This document shows positions 51,635-64,000 of a DNA stretch of 64,000 nucleotides, piece after piece. The DNA is taken from the NCBI RefSeq assembly GCF_011386835.1, contig NC_088800.1:24428001-24492000 (forward strand). The letters run 5' to 3'. A program made the translations under genes and the position numbers. Positions within the stretch are counted from its first letter, which is position 1. The number at the start of each line of letters is the position of its first letter. This stretch comes from Chrysemys picta bellii. Its lineage: Eukaryota. The notes below the pieces were generated by a model. The model was not told the DNA's origin. It ran no database searches and saw only the letters and a list, made by a program, of their open reading frames with translations.

Positions 51635-51827
51635 TGACCCTTCCGGCGGGAGGGGAGCCACACCGACTCACTACAGTTGGGATAGATAGACAGTTATTTC
51701 AGCAGTTCCGGCCCTCCGGTGCAGGGACGGAGCAAAACCGACGGCTAGCTAGGGAGCCCAGGCCCTAGATCAGGGCGGGGCCCGCACCGTTCTAGCCCAG
51801 GCCCGTAGGTGCGGGGGCTGGGCGGGC

Positions 51828-52080
51828 AAACAGTTAAAGAACCCAGGCCCTGGATCAGAGCGGGCAAACACAGTTCAAGCTCAGGCCCTTATTTGCAGGG
51901 GCTGAGCGGATAAACAGTTCAGGAGCCCAGGCCCGGGATCAGGGCGGGGCAGACACAGTTAAAGCTCAGACCCTTATTTGCAGGGGCTGAGCGGATAAAC
52001 AGTTCAGGAGCCCAGGCCCTGGATCAGGGCGGGGCAAAACACAGTTAAAGCTCAGGCCCTTGTTTGCAGGGGCTGAGCGA
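51828..52080. repeat. Tandem repeat, 3 x ~84-85 bp (each two ~42-bp subunits), inside the LTR
   Basis: Units start at 51828, 51912 and 51997 (aaacagtt...cccaggccc...gggcgggg...acacagtt...ttgcaggggctgagcg). Confidence 0.9.
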
Positions 52081-52710
52081 GCAAGCAAATAGGTAGGGTA
52101 CACCTAGGCTTCTGTAGCCGAGCGTTGGGTGAGGGGGACGCCTGCCACCCGTGAGCGGGGGTGGCAGGGGGGAACGCAGGCCCACCCACTCCACTGCGTT
52201 CCAGCCCGGGGCCCTAGCAGCGGTTACTGCCGCTGCTGGTCAGTGGGGTATCCAGACCGCAACACACTGACATTGGCTCACACTCGTTTGCAGCCGGACC
52301 GGGGTCGGCTACCCCCGGGCTACTTCTGAGATCCCCCTCAGAGCCTACCTCGTTCGTCACACCGGGCTCGGGCCAGTCCATCTGCATGGGCTCCTCGCGG
52401 CCAGGGCTTGGTGGCAGATCCGGTAGTTCTGCCAGGAAATCCGGCCAACGGCACTCGGGCGGCTCCTCCGGGTAGCAGCAGGGGCGGAGGGGTTCTGGTG
52501 CAGTCTCGCCCTCGGTGTTAGTGGGGGGGGCTCCCCGGGATCCTCCCAGCGACGGGAGCGGACGGGCTCCGGCGGCTCCTCCTCGTAGCGTGCCCGGGGT
52601 AGCTCAGGCCAGTTAGGGCTCGGGCCTCGGAGGTCTCCTGGTCGGGAGCTCCCGGCCACACGTCTGCTCCCTGTGGTGGCTGGCCGCCGACTGAGCTCTG
52701 GCGGCTGGCC

Positions 52711-52760
52711 TTTATACTTCCTGTCCCGCCCCTTGACTTCCGGGGGGCGGGGACAGGCGG
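52711..52760 (-). promoter_or_regulatory. Putative LTR U3 promoter (TATA box plus GC boxes), antisense to UNC13C
   Basis: Minus strand reads ...ccccgccccccggaagtcaaggggcgggacaggaagtataaagg. Confidence 0.5.
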
Positions 52761-52938
52761 TGGTGGCTCCACGCACTCTGGTGTCTGCACGTGGGCTCCC
52801 TCTTCTGGGCAGGAGGGGAGCCACACCGACTCACTACACCCTGGCAATATGATAGAATTCCCAGTATCTACTTTCTAAGAGTTGATGTAGTATGGAACCT
52901 ATGACATTAGGGATGATGATATTTTCAAAAGTGTCTAA

Positions 52939-53256
52939 GGCTGTAACTACGCTTGGAGCTAGGGTTGCGATTCCCAGCTCATGTAAACATATTCACGCTA
53001 GCTCTCATTGGGCTAGCATGCTAAAAATAATGGTGTAGCCACAGTAGCATGGGCAGCAGCGAGTAGCAGCATGGACTAGCTACCCCAAGCACGTACTCCT
53101 AGGGGCCAGGTGCGTTTGTACTTGAGCAGCTAATCTGTGTCACTTCTTACTGCTGTCCGTGCTACCTTGGCTAAATTACAATTTTTGGTGCTTCAGCTCA
53201 ATAAAAGCTAGTGTGATTATATCTGCACAACACTAGCTCCAAGCGTAGCAGTGCCC
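52939..53256. mobile_element. Harbinger-like MITE
   Basis: Inverted ctacgcttggagctag / ctagctccaagcgtag near the ends; TWA flanks (taa / tta). Confidence 0.7.
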
Positions 53257-54727
53257 TTAGTTACTTGGGAAAAAGAGACTTAGGTGCTTTTGAAAATTTT
53301 GCCCTGGGTCTCTTTGATAAGTTAATATTAGCATGCTGCGTACTTTGGTCACATCTTTTTTTAAACTCTTACATACATAAAGATTGGCATGCACATTATT
53401 TGTGACATTTTCAATGAAATTCACATCAGAAGAATTTTGGTTTGATTTAAGGGAGAAGCTTACAAACTCATCACAACTCTATATTAAGATCGATAGACCA
53501 GTACCTCAGATGGGATATTGGACGTACTTGGACCCAATGGATCTGGCCCTAAATCATCAGAATAGAACCTTCAGGGCCATTAGCATAAGAATATTTGTAG
53601 TGACGGTCTTTAAAAATGTGCATTTTTTGCAATTTTGCATAAGTCAGTAATAGAGAAACATTATAATGAAGATTCAGCATCTTTTCAGATGAGAGTGTTA
53701 CCATCATTAGTGGAAACACCAACTAAGATTTTTCCCTCTAACTAGTTACAGGAATAATTCTACATATATAATAGGAACTCAGAGTAGGTGTCTTTCCTTT
53801 GTCTCCATCATTAGGGAAAGTGCTTGCAATAAATCTTTCATCTAAGAAACTAAAAATTACACCTTCTGTTTCAGGTTCGGTACTGAACTCTCTTTCTGAA
53901 CGCCTCTCTTTTGTAGAAGTAGATGGCATCAGGACAGGACTATTAGAAAACACAAATGATCAAAGTGTGCCAATCCTGTATAGGGAAAGTGAAGTTAAAC
54001 ATGATATTTCTGTTTGGTATAACTGGAATGGCTCTTAAAGTTAGACTCCTGGTAGAATGATTTTAAATAGGTTCATACACTATACAAGACAAGAAAGATG
54101 GCTTATCAAGGGTCGTTTTCAGTTATTGAAAACTCAGTAAGGAATTAGTGTTCTGCGTACTAAGGGCGAGATCATGAGATGATGTAATACCTACTCTCAG
54201 GACGTGGCAAAGCAGCCCAGGAGGGAGATCATGACTCTCCTGGTTCCCCAGCACCTTCAAGGAGGGAGCAAACTGTGCTGTGTCAATACCTGGCATAGTG
54301 TGTACTGCCCAGTGCTTTGGTAGTGGTAGAACTAAGGATCTGCTCATTTCTCCAATCTCCACTTCCCTTCCCCTAGCTACACTGGGGAGGTTGGCAAAAG
54401 AAGGGAGAGTAGCAGCTCTGGGGAGCCTGCTTCCACTCCCACACTACTACTCATGATAGATAGCCAAAGAACGGGCACAAACACAATTTGACCCTGAATA
54501 ATTAATATATTCATTCTTCATTTTTTTTAGTTTGCATTGCTATTATTTGTATGTTAACCATTTTTAAGGAATAATCCTCTGATTCATTACCAAATGCAAA
54601 CACACACTAATGATTTCTAAAATATTATTTATTAACATCTATTTTATTAAATTTGGGATTTAATCAAATATCAAACACAATATTAATGAAGTACAAATTG
54701 CAGCTGCATGAAGCACTGTCTGGTGAT

Positions 54728-55612
54728 TAGGGCTGTCTAGCGATTAAAACAAATTCATCGCGATTAATTGTGCGATTAAAATAATTAATTGTGATTAATC
54801 GTGTGATTAATTGCACTGTTAAACAAACTAAGTGTAATGAAAATATTTCCACTTCTGCATGATTTTCAAGGGCATTATTATCAAATAATAAAATTTGGTG
54901 GGTTTTTTTTGTTTGTTTGTTCTTAAAATGAACAATATGTGCTGCGTTCAGTCACAAATTTAATTAACACGTTATTTTTTTAATGAGCGTCATCAGCATG
55001 AAAGCATGTCCTCTGGAATGGTGGCTGAAGCATGAAGGGGCCTATGAATGTTCAGCATATCTGGCACGTAGATACCTTGCAATGCTGGCTACAAAAGTCC
55101 TTTGTGAATTCCTGTTCTCACTTTCTGGTGACATTGTAAATAAGAAGTGGGCAGCATTTCTGCTGTAAATGTAAACAAACTTGTTTGTCTTAGTGATTGG
55201 CTGAACGAGAAATAGGACTGAGTGGATTTGTAGACTCTAAAGTTTTGCATTGTTTTGTTTTTGAGTGCAGTTATGTAACAAACAAAAAATCTACATTTGT
55301 AAGTTGCAATTTCATGATAAAGAGATTGCACTGCAGTACTTGTATGAGGTGAACTGAAAAATACTGTTTTGTTTATCATTTTTACAGTGTAAATATTTGT
55401 AATCAAAAATAATATAAAGTGAGCCATGGATACTTTGTATTCTGTGTTGTAATTGAAATCAACATATTTGAAAATGTAGAAAAACATCCAAAATATTTAA
55501 TAAATTTCAATTGGTATTCTATTGTTTAACAGTGCAATTAAAACTGCGATTAATCGTGATTAATTTTTTTGAGTTAATTGAATACATTAACTGCTATTAA
55601 TCGACAGCCCTA
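54728..55612 (+). mobile_element. hAT derivative (same family as 18977) with transposase dimerisation-domain remnant
   Basis: TIRs tagggctgtc / gacagcccta; ORF 54983 gives CPLEWWLKHEGAYE...LFSLSGDIVNKK (hAT C-terminal motif); TSD decayed. Confidence 0.9.
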
Positions 55613-56571
55613 TTTGTTATTAAAACATTCTGGCTCTTGTACTTTTGTTGAAATGGCACGCTACTGTTTCAACAAAACCCTTTATCAGATGTTTTATGTT
55701 TGATCCAGCTTTTGAAATGTAAAGTTTTGCTGTTTATTTCATCATGGATTTTCTGTTCTTTATTTCCATTTTGCTAGTGAGCAGAACATTTTTTTTTATC
55801 CTCAGCTTGGAGGGGCAGATTAAGTCCTCTCTCTGATGTTAATGCCAATTTACCTTTGACGCAAATACCAATCCAATTTGTAGTTCAACAGATGGGTAGA
55901 AAGACAGTATTAAAACATCTCTAATAGAGGTTCTGGGCTCTGTTTTCAAACAATTGACTTATAGGCAAAATATAAGATTATTTTTCTCATTTCTGAAGCC
56001 CTCTGGGTCAGGTTGCATGATAGTGGATAGCTGCACACCATTCATCAAAAAGAACATCCCAAATTCAAATCCTCAAGCCTACATCTGGGATGGATTTGCC
56101 TGAGTATTTCAGTGGAGATTTATAACATGGCAAAAACATCCCCTTGTGTTGAACACGTAATGGAACTGTGCCAGATCAAAGGCTTTACGTGTAGGTTAGT
56201 ACTCCGCTGCCATGCAAGTTATACCATGGTCACATCATTGCATAGTTCTGAAGTGTGATAGAGGTCAGAACATATGTTTATGGGTATCAGATCTTGCTAC
56301 TTCCAATGGTCTGTAGTCTTTACATATTCGGATGGTGTAACTGCATATTTCTTTGCAATTGGATAAGGGGTATAAGTGTTTCAACACAAAGCATGAAAGG
56401 CATACAACTCTCATTAACATTACTGGGACTCACACAGCTCAGTTGTGTGCATTGCACTAAAATTTTACCCTTGGGCCTTTATATGCCAAAATCACAAGTC
56501 AATCTCCATTTTCAAAGGGAAAAGCTATTGCTCAGGTAGGTTTCACAAGGCCACCATCTCTAATGGGTCAT

Positions 56572-57017
56572 TGTCTGGGTACACCACAAGAAGGACAGGA
56601 GACACTTGTTATGGATTTTAATCAGGCCGCAACTTTATTATATAGATGTCTGGGACTACCCGGCAGATAAAGATAAATATGTCAGTGCAAGCAAATCCAT
56701 ATTTATTCAAATCAATTCTCTGGGGCATCCATCAGCTCCCCTTTGTTTCCATCCAGGTCCCCCAGCCGACCCATGGCTTGGACCTTACCATCCACCAGCC
56801 TCGTAAGAGGGTTAAAGTGGGCTATGAGAACAGGGGGCATTGGCTCCCTGCCATACCAATCATAGGAGTCCCCAACTCCCTCCCCCATTCTGTATTTTTA
56901 CATCTTGCTAAAAATCCCCTGTGCAAACAAATAATGTGCTCTACAGTTTTAAAAGGGGCAAGCAGAGTTTTGTAAGGAGCTGAATACAGAAACAGAACAA
57001 GCTGATCTTTTCTGACA
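56572..57017 (-). mobile_element. LTR-like element
   Basis: TGTC...GACA ends, minus-strand AATAAA at ~56633-56638, homology to 28582-28741; no TSD found, right boundary uncertain. Confidence 0.5.
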
Positions 57018-57430
57018 AGCCACACACCCATCACTGAAAACCTGTGAACTTTAATTTGAATTGATACTGTTGTTGTTCAGAGTCTTCTGACATTATTTTT
57101 TCAGTTTCCCTAGGTATTTTTGTTTTAGTTATTTACTTAACAACGCATCAGTTATTAAGATAAAGGAAAGCAGTTTAGGGGAAAGGCTGCTGTGCTTCAC
57201 TAATGCATTTTAAGGCTGCATGATGGTGAATGAATGCCAGAGATTTGTGCTATATTAGATGAATCATGAAATATGGCAGAAGGCATAACACATTTACGGT
57301 TTCTGATATACTTACTGTTATGTCAGACCAATGCTTTTATACAAATAAATTGAAAACTGCACACTTTCCAAACAGATCCAGAATGGAAGGCAGCAGATTG
57401 TATGCTTTGTGATAAATGTGTGGGCTGTAG

Positions 57431-57679
<249 letters not shown>

Positions 57680-57766
57680 TGACATGAAATTTGAAAGAAT
57701 AAAGATGCTCACACTATCACCAATCCTTGAATTAGAATTCAAATTTTAGGACATCAGTGTTTGAAT

Positions 57767-58205
57767 AAAAAGAACAGGAGTACTTGTGGCACCTTAGAGA
57801 CTAACAAATTTATTAGAGCATAAGCTTTCGTGGACTACAGCCCACTTCTTCGGATGCATACAGAGTGGAATAAATATTGAGGAGATATATATACACACAT
57901 ACAGAGAGCATAAACAGGTGGGAGTTGTCTTACCAACTCTGAGAGGCCAATTAAGTAAGAGAAAAAAAAAACTTTTGAAGTGATAATCAAGCTAGCCCAG
58001 TACAGACAGTTTGATAAGAAGTGTGAGGATACTTACAAGGGGAGATAGATTCAATGTTTGTAATGGCTCAGCCATTCCCAGTCCTGAAGTGGGCTGTAGT
58101 CCACGAAAGCTTATGCTCTAATAAATTTGTTAGTCTCTAAGGTGCCACAAGTACTCCTGTTCTTTTTGCGGATACAGACTAACACGGCTGCTACTCTGAA
58201 ACCTG
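57767..58205 (+). mobile_element. Fold-back Penelope-like pLTR insertion (family A), best-preserved copy
   Basis: Perfect 82-bp inverted arms (57767-57848 / 58086-58167), 38-nt tail, 13-bp TSD tcagtgttt(g/t)aat. Confidence 0.88.
57818..57857 (-). ncRNA. Minimal type I hammerhead ribozyme motif (PLE-type), variant core CCGAAGA
   Basis: Minus strand: GCAU-CCGAAGA-A-GUGGGC-UGUA-GUCCAC-GAAA-GCU-U-AUGC; stem I 4 bp, stem II 6 bp, palindromic AGCU stem III. Activity untested. Confidence 0.7.
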
Positions 58206-58940
58206 TCAGTGTTTTAATAAAACCATATTTTCTGATCTTTCTTGAGATTAACAGCTAAGAAAGGAGGGTCATTGTGTGATATTACAATTGGTGAGGCAGT
58301 TTTTTAGAGTTTAGAAAATCAAAAGTTTCATGCAGCATAAGTGTCTGTCTGTGGGTTCCTTCAGTGTTGAAGAATGATATCCACTCCCTATCAGACTATA
58401 AGGATAGTTGAGTAGTCCTTTGATGGTATGAGGCCATTAAATGACCACCAAAAATGTTTCCTGGGTATCAATCTGCCTGCTAATCTAGGGAACTCTTAGT
58501 ATTTCACATAAATTCCAATTCATTAAGCTTATTATGAAACTACTAACATTGTTTCTGGAACTGATTTATATATGATGGAGAGCAAATAAAAGGGTTTCCT
58601 TTAAATCACAAACAGTGTTTCTTTAACCTTTTTCATTGCAGTATTTTCTATGAGATTTTTAGAATTGGCAATGCAATATTTTAAAACTTACATATTGTTA
58701 CCACAGGCCCTAAGAGTTCCCAAAATGGTCAGTTTGGGCCTAACTCTGCTCCCATTGATGTCATTAGGCATTTAACCATTGACTTCAATGGGAGTGTAGA
58801 TGGACCAACACCAAGTGTGGTTGATAATCCCACCCACTGTGTTTATCGCTTTCTTTGTTTTCCTGAAAGTTTTTTTTTCTTAACATTTTAAGGGTCTCGC
58901 TCTTAACCTTATACTTATTTCCTTTTCCCCGATTAACTAG

Positions 58941-59030
58941 GATAATTTTCCTGCCAGCAATTCTGAAAGGCTTCAAGACCTGAAATCAACAGTAGACCTG
59001 CTAACCAGCATTACTTTTTTTCGAATGAAG
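58941..59030 (+). CDS. UNC13C: UNC13C coding exon ([30 protein letters not shown]); absent from the ORF track
   Basis: Manual translation; acceptor actag ending 58940, donor gtacca 59031; 90 nt, phase 0/0. Confidence 0.96.
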
Positions 59031-59410
59031 GTACCACACTTTATCTCTGTTACTGGCATCAGAGAAACATAGTGCACATTTATTTTCTAGGAAAGCCACA
59101 CGGTATTTGGTGCTCTTGATCACCACTATCAAACCCCAATGATTAGGTTGTGCTCTTGATATCTTAGCTTGATGAATCCTGCACTGAGACTTGATTTAAG
59201 ATACAGAACATCACTGGTTATAGTCTCTAAATATATTTCAGCTGCCTTAGTTTTAAATTAAATCCCTAAGCTTTCTGAAGATCTAGTTAAATGGAAATCT
59301 TATACTGAAAGAATGCAAAAGGGAGAGAATGCAGAAGTGCTACAAACTATCTTTATCTTTCTCTGGTTTAACTGAAGAGATATTATTGAACTGCAGCTCC
59401 TAAGAATATA

Positions 59411-59788
59411 CAGTAGAACCTCAGAATTACAAACATGAATAGAGGTTGTTCATAACTCTGAAATGTTCATAACTCTGAACAAAATGTTATGGTGGTTCTT
59501 TAAAAAGTTTACAACTGAACATTGACTTAATACAGCTTTGAAACTACTGTGCAGAGAAAAAACACTGCTTTTAACCATCTTAATTAAATGAAACAAGCGC
59601 AGAAACAGTTTCCTTACCTTGTCAAATCTTTTTTTAAACTTTCCCTTTATTTTTTAGTAGTTTAAATTTAACACAGTACTGTATTGTACAGTGTTTGTTT
59701 ATTTTGTCTCTGTTGCCTGATTGCATAATTCCAGTTCCAAATGAGGTGTGTGGTTGACCGATCAGTTCATAATTCTGAGGATGTACTG
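59411..59788. mobile_element. Tigger/pogo-like Tc1/mariner MITE
   Basis: TIRs cagtagaacctcagaatta / taattctgaggatgtactg; TA on both sides. Confidence 0.85.
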
Positions 59789-61272
59789 TATGTAACAGCT
59801 GTATTTAAAAAAATAATCTTGTTCAGTTTTGCTCTTTTGCCACCACTAAAACTAGCTTTGCTCCTGTCATCTTTCTAAGCTTGGCAGAGGGTAGACGCAA
59901 TGTAGTTTTCTTGCCTCCAAAGCCAGGCAAAGATATCCTCTACTATCCAGTGACTTTTGATGTTGAATGGCTCAAACGCTTTGCCTTTGGGTTTTCATCT
60001 CTTCAATGCTATGAGCAACTGCTTTGCAAAGAGACCTTTTCATTGGTGGCAGGACTCCAGAAATTGCTTTTCTGATGCAGAAGTTACACCTGAATTAATG
60101 CTTTACCTTTAAGAGCACACAGTTGCAAATATTACTCACCTGGTCTGTCAAGTCAGTGCTCTGACTTTTTATCATTGTTCATTAACAAGAAGCAATTCAA
60201 GGAGAGAAAGTATTACTTTTCAAATGACAGTTGTCCTGTTTGCACTTTGTATCTAGCAGTATTATAAAATAAAAATCATTCTACTGGAGAAAGCAAAATA
60301 ACCCCCAATCTCTAACATTTGTTTAAACTCAGTTAAAATTAGGTTTAAAGCTTCTCCATTGGAGTAAGATTAGGGCTAGGTTTAGTGAACAGAATAAACT
60401 GAAAATCAAACAAAAGCAGCTGCGACATCTAAGGTATTCATCAGGAAGAAAAATGTTTCCTATTATTATTTCAAACATCAAAATGAGGCTAATGACATTA
60501 GGCCAAAACCTACTTGCCATAGATATACAAGCAGTCAATGTCAAGGTGATCATGAATAAGGTGAGCAAGATTTCCCCATGATAAGGAAAAAATACACATT
60601 GCTACAACTGGCTCAAAATATAAAAACACAAATCAAAATTTTCAATTTTTGTTAATCTAATAGTGTGTTAACAGACACATCCTATTAGTAGCAAGAGTAA
60701 TATTTCAGTAACACTTATGAGCATCAGTAATGGACTAGGACTCTATTGGGCTCGGTGCTGTACAAACACAGAACAAAAAGATGGACTATTGAGGTGAAAC
60801 TCAGCTTAAGTATATGTATTTTAATGGATAGGCTAAATGTTTATAGAAACAAATGCTTTAAAAAATATGTAGCTGTTTGTGCACTAAGACACTAATTCAA
60901 AAGGGCATTCCTATTTGGGAAAACATTTAAAGATGTGCCTAGCTGCTTTCCTGAATAAAGGTGTAAAGGTAAGATCATGCAATCACTTAAGCATGTATTG
61001 TACTTTTCTCATGGGAATAATCCTATTGAAGTAAGCGTCAATGTGGGACTACTCCTATGCTTAAAGTTAAGCATGTGTTTAAGTGTTTCTCTGGACTGAA
61101 GCCACAGTGCATAAATCTATGTACTTTTTAATATTGTATTGATCTTTATTATATTTTATTGCTCCCAATTCTGCATTGGACAGATAACTCAGTACACATA
61201 ATGTACAGATTTTTCTAGTCCAGCTGTTTATGAAATTCTCTTATTTTCTGATTTTATGAAATATTCTATAAG

Positions 61273-61401
61273 GTCCTGGAATTGCAGAGTCCACCTCGAG
61301 CCAGTATGGTGGTTAAAGACTGTGTCAGAGCTTGCTTAGACTCTACCTACAAGTATATTTTTGACAACTGCTATGAACTCTATTCCCAGCTAATGGATCA
61401 G
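61273..61401 (+). CDS. UNC13C: UNC13C coding exon ([43 protein letters not shown])
   Basis: Acceptor ataag ending 61272, donor gtaaga 61402; 129 nt, phase 0/0; [15 protein letters not shown] is UNC13C-type. The next exon was not found in the window. Confidence 0.96.
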
Positions 61402-61940
61402 GTAAGACCAACCCCTTGGAATTTCTCAATGCCTTTGTTCATTCTTTTTTGTTGGTTTATATAAGGCAGGTAATAATACAACAAATACAGAACAAAAAGA
61501 AAACAGTTGCCGAAGACATTCAAATAGTCCCATTACATATAAGGACCCTGCCTAATTCTGTTACATCTGTAGGGGAAGGAGTAAGAAGGGAGGAAGCAAG
61601 GTATAAAAAACAAACTCACAGATGGGCTATGAACACTAAAATAATTAACTAGATGAGTCTCAAAATGAATGTAAAAATGTCAATCCAAAAATCTATTTCC
61701 TTGTATGGGGCAAGGAAGTAAAAATGTCCATGACTTTATGGAAGAAGAAATTAGATTTGAGAACTGTATGAGGTCTGTAATTGGAAAATAGAAAAAAAAT
61801 CCCATATTTCTTCAAACAATGTAATGGCTCCATCAAGAGATTTTTATGTTTTTCACTTCACTGGGGAGAAGTGTTACAACCATTTGCTGAAAGTGGTATG
61901 TTGTCTTTCTTGTGCCTTAGATTTATATATTAACAACTAA

Positions 61941-62642
61941 GGGTTTGGCCACACTTGCGAGTTACAGTGCATTAAAGGAGCTACAGGTGCACTAGCTCAC
62001 TACCCGTCCACACTGGCAAGGCACATAGAGCGCCTGGACTCCACGGCCAGAGCGCTCCTAGTACTCCACCTCGGCGAGTAGAATAACGTTTGATGCACCC
62101 CCGGTGGAGCGCCCCAGCATCAGTGTGAACGAGTGTTGCATTACAGTGCTCTGATCAGCCCCCGGAAATGTCCCATAATCCCCTTAAGTCAAGTGGCCAC
62201 TCTTGTCATTGTTTTGGATATGCCCTTTGAAAGCTCCGTTTGACAGCTGGCATGCTTATCTGTTCCGAGACAAAGCAACCATTGCTGTGGAATGCTGTGT
62301 ATGTGGGGGGGGGGAGGTCTGCTGCTGTCTGAACTTACAAGACAGCATGCTGACCTGCTCTCCGCCCCCCAAAAACCCACTCTCTCTTCCCCCATATAGA
62401 CACAACACACTCCCCGTCACACTCCACCCCCTCCCCATTTGAAAAGCATGTTGCAGCCACTTGCATGCTGGGGTAGCTACCACAATGCACTGCTCACTGT
62501 GACCATTGCAAGAGCTGCTAATGTGGCCATGCCAGTGCGCTGTCAGCTGTCAGTGTGGACAGACTACAGCACTTTCCCTACTGTGCTCTATGAAGGCTGG
62601 TTTAACTCAAAGCGCTCTATATCTGCAAGTGTAGCCATGCCC
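61941..62642. mobile_element. PIF/Harbinger non-autonomous element
   Basis: TIRs gggtttggccacacttgc / gcaagtgtagccatgccc; perfect 3-bp TAA TSD. Confidence 0.88.
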
Positions 62643-64000
62643 TAAGATACATGCTTGGGGCCCACTTTTTGTATTTATCTCAAGAGAAGGGAAATTTGGA
62701 ATGGTTATTACAAAAGGATATTGTTACGGCTAGAAAATTTTTGAATAAGGGCCTATCTATTCTTAGAAATCAATACAAAATAATATAGCCTTTGTCATTT
62801 TCCAAATACCACCACAAACCCTTGTAGATGTCACTCTTTTCTGTAATGTGCTCAGTCCATTTGATAAATATTAAAATGATTAAGTTCACACCTCTGACCT
62901 ACAAAAATACCCAGGCCTATATAGTACACCATTGATTCCCCTGTGTATCATTTGTACAATACCTTTGCCCTGTTTGACTGGAAATGATATTTCAGTGACT
63001 ATTCCCACTTTGGAAAGAGTAAATTATCCAGTTAGGAAAAGACATCTATGCTGTAGAGTGTATCCCATATAAGAACATGCATATTATATATGATTAGACA
63101 CAGAAAATCGTTATCCGAAAGCAAACTGCAGTCAGACCCAAATACATTCTGACATGCGTCTGTCTGAGTTCAAGGAGAGCAATACATTGAGTCCATGTTG
63201 TTCTGAAATGAGAAAGGTCTAGCTATGTTGTTTGAGTCCTGTTTTATGAGCAAATGAATTTATCTCTAGATATCAAACCTTGGGTGAGATAACCTTTCAA
63301 TAGTACCCTTGAGCAAAACATTTCCTCTCCAAAAATCAATGGAGTGAATTGAACCGCATTAAGGTCTGTCTGATAAAACACAAGATTCAGTAACTTTAAG
63401 CCTCCAAATACGTAAAGGGTGTATATAGTGAAAGAAATACTTCACATTTTTTATTTGTTCACCCTTGAGGAGTTATTGACTATTTTGTCAATACTGAGAA
63501 TGTTTCCTTTTACACAAGAGCCAAGGACTTTTTTATATTGTGCTTTTAAAAAGGCGGAAAAAAGTTTGTAATGGAAGCGCCTCATGTTTTGATATTATAA
63601 CTCCCACACATTTATCAGAGCCCTGTGATAACACACCAAGAAATGTTAAGGATACAGCGCTGAATCTCCATTTCCACTAACCATAAAGATGTATAGTTTC
63701 ATAATACCTGTTTTATTTGCTTTCTGTAAATAAAGTATGAAAATCTAAATCAAATCTCATTCAAATATTAATATGTTAGAGTTTTATTTAAATACTCCTG
63801 TGAAAAGAAGGTGCATGTGATAAGACATGGTGCATTGCAGCAGGCTCTGCTGCATCAGTGATTTTGAGAGGGAGGCTTCCAGTAGCCCACTCTGCCTCCC
63901 TGGACCATACAGTTAAGGCCCCAACTCAGGCAGGTAGTTAGGCACATGCTTAATTTCAATCTCATGTTTAAGTCCCAGTGAATTGAAGAGATACTTTCCT

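Noticed and set aside
58895-58940. ctcttaac as a U12 branch point before the 58941 exon
   Set aside because: The upstream donor is gtatgt, not the U12 GTATCCT, and a normal pyrimidine tract is present.

Overview
AT-rich vertebrate genomic DNA, most probably turtle (tRNA-Lys-type 'tortoise Pol III' SINE sharing a CR1 3' end, turtle-type CR1, hAT, Harbinger and DIRS families). The window holds eight consecutive internal coding exons of UNC13C (Munc13-3) on the + strand, covering the C2B domain and the start of the MUN region. All have GT-AG borders and splice into one open frame (1031 nt, about 343 codons). The rest is intron packed with transposable elements: hAT MITEs with 8-bp TSDs, Tc1/mariner MITEs with TA TSDs, Harbinger MITEs, solo LTRs with 5-bp TSDs, CR1/L2/MIR fragments and an internally deleted DIRS element that keeps both termini and its internal complementary region. 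The most notable signal is a set of short fold-back insertions from three sequence families (inverted arm, direct arm, 31-39 nt tail, 12-15 bp TSD), built like Penelope-like pseudo-LTRs. They carry a minimal type I hammerhead ribozyme with a palindromic AGCU stem III, an extra A after A9 and a CUU cleavage triplet. Other items worth follow-up are a young antisense LTR 23 nt from a splice donor (with a repeated terminal motif and a cryptic acidic/Pro-rich frame), a tRNA-like Pol III module in an LTR-like element, a ~90-bp target duplication, and several substitutions at normally conserved Munc13 residues. Family names and paralog comparisons come from recognition and memory, not database searches.
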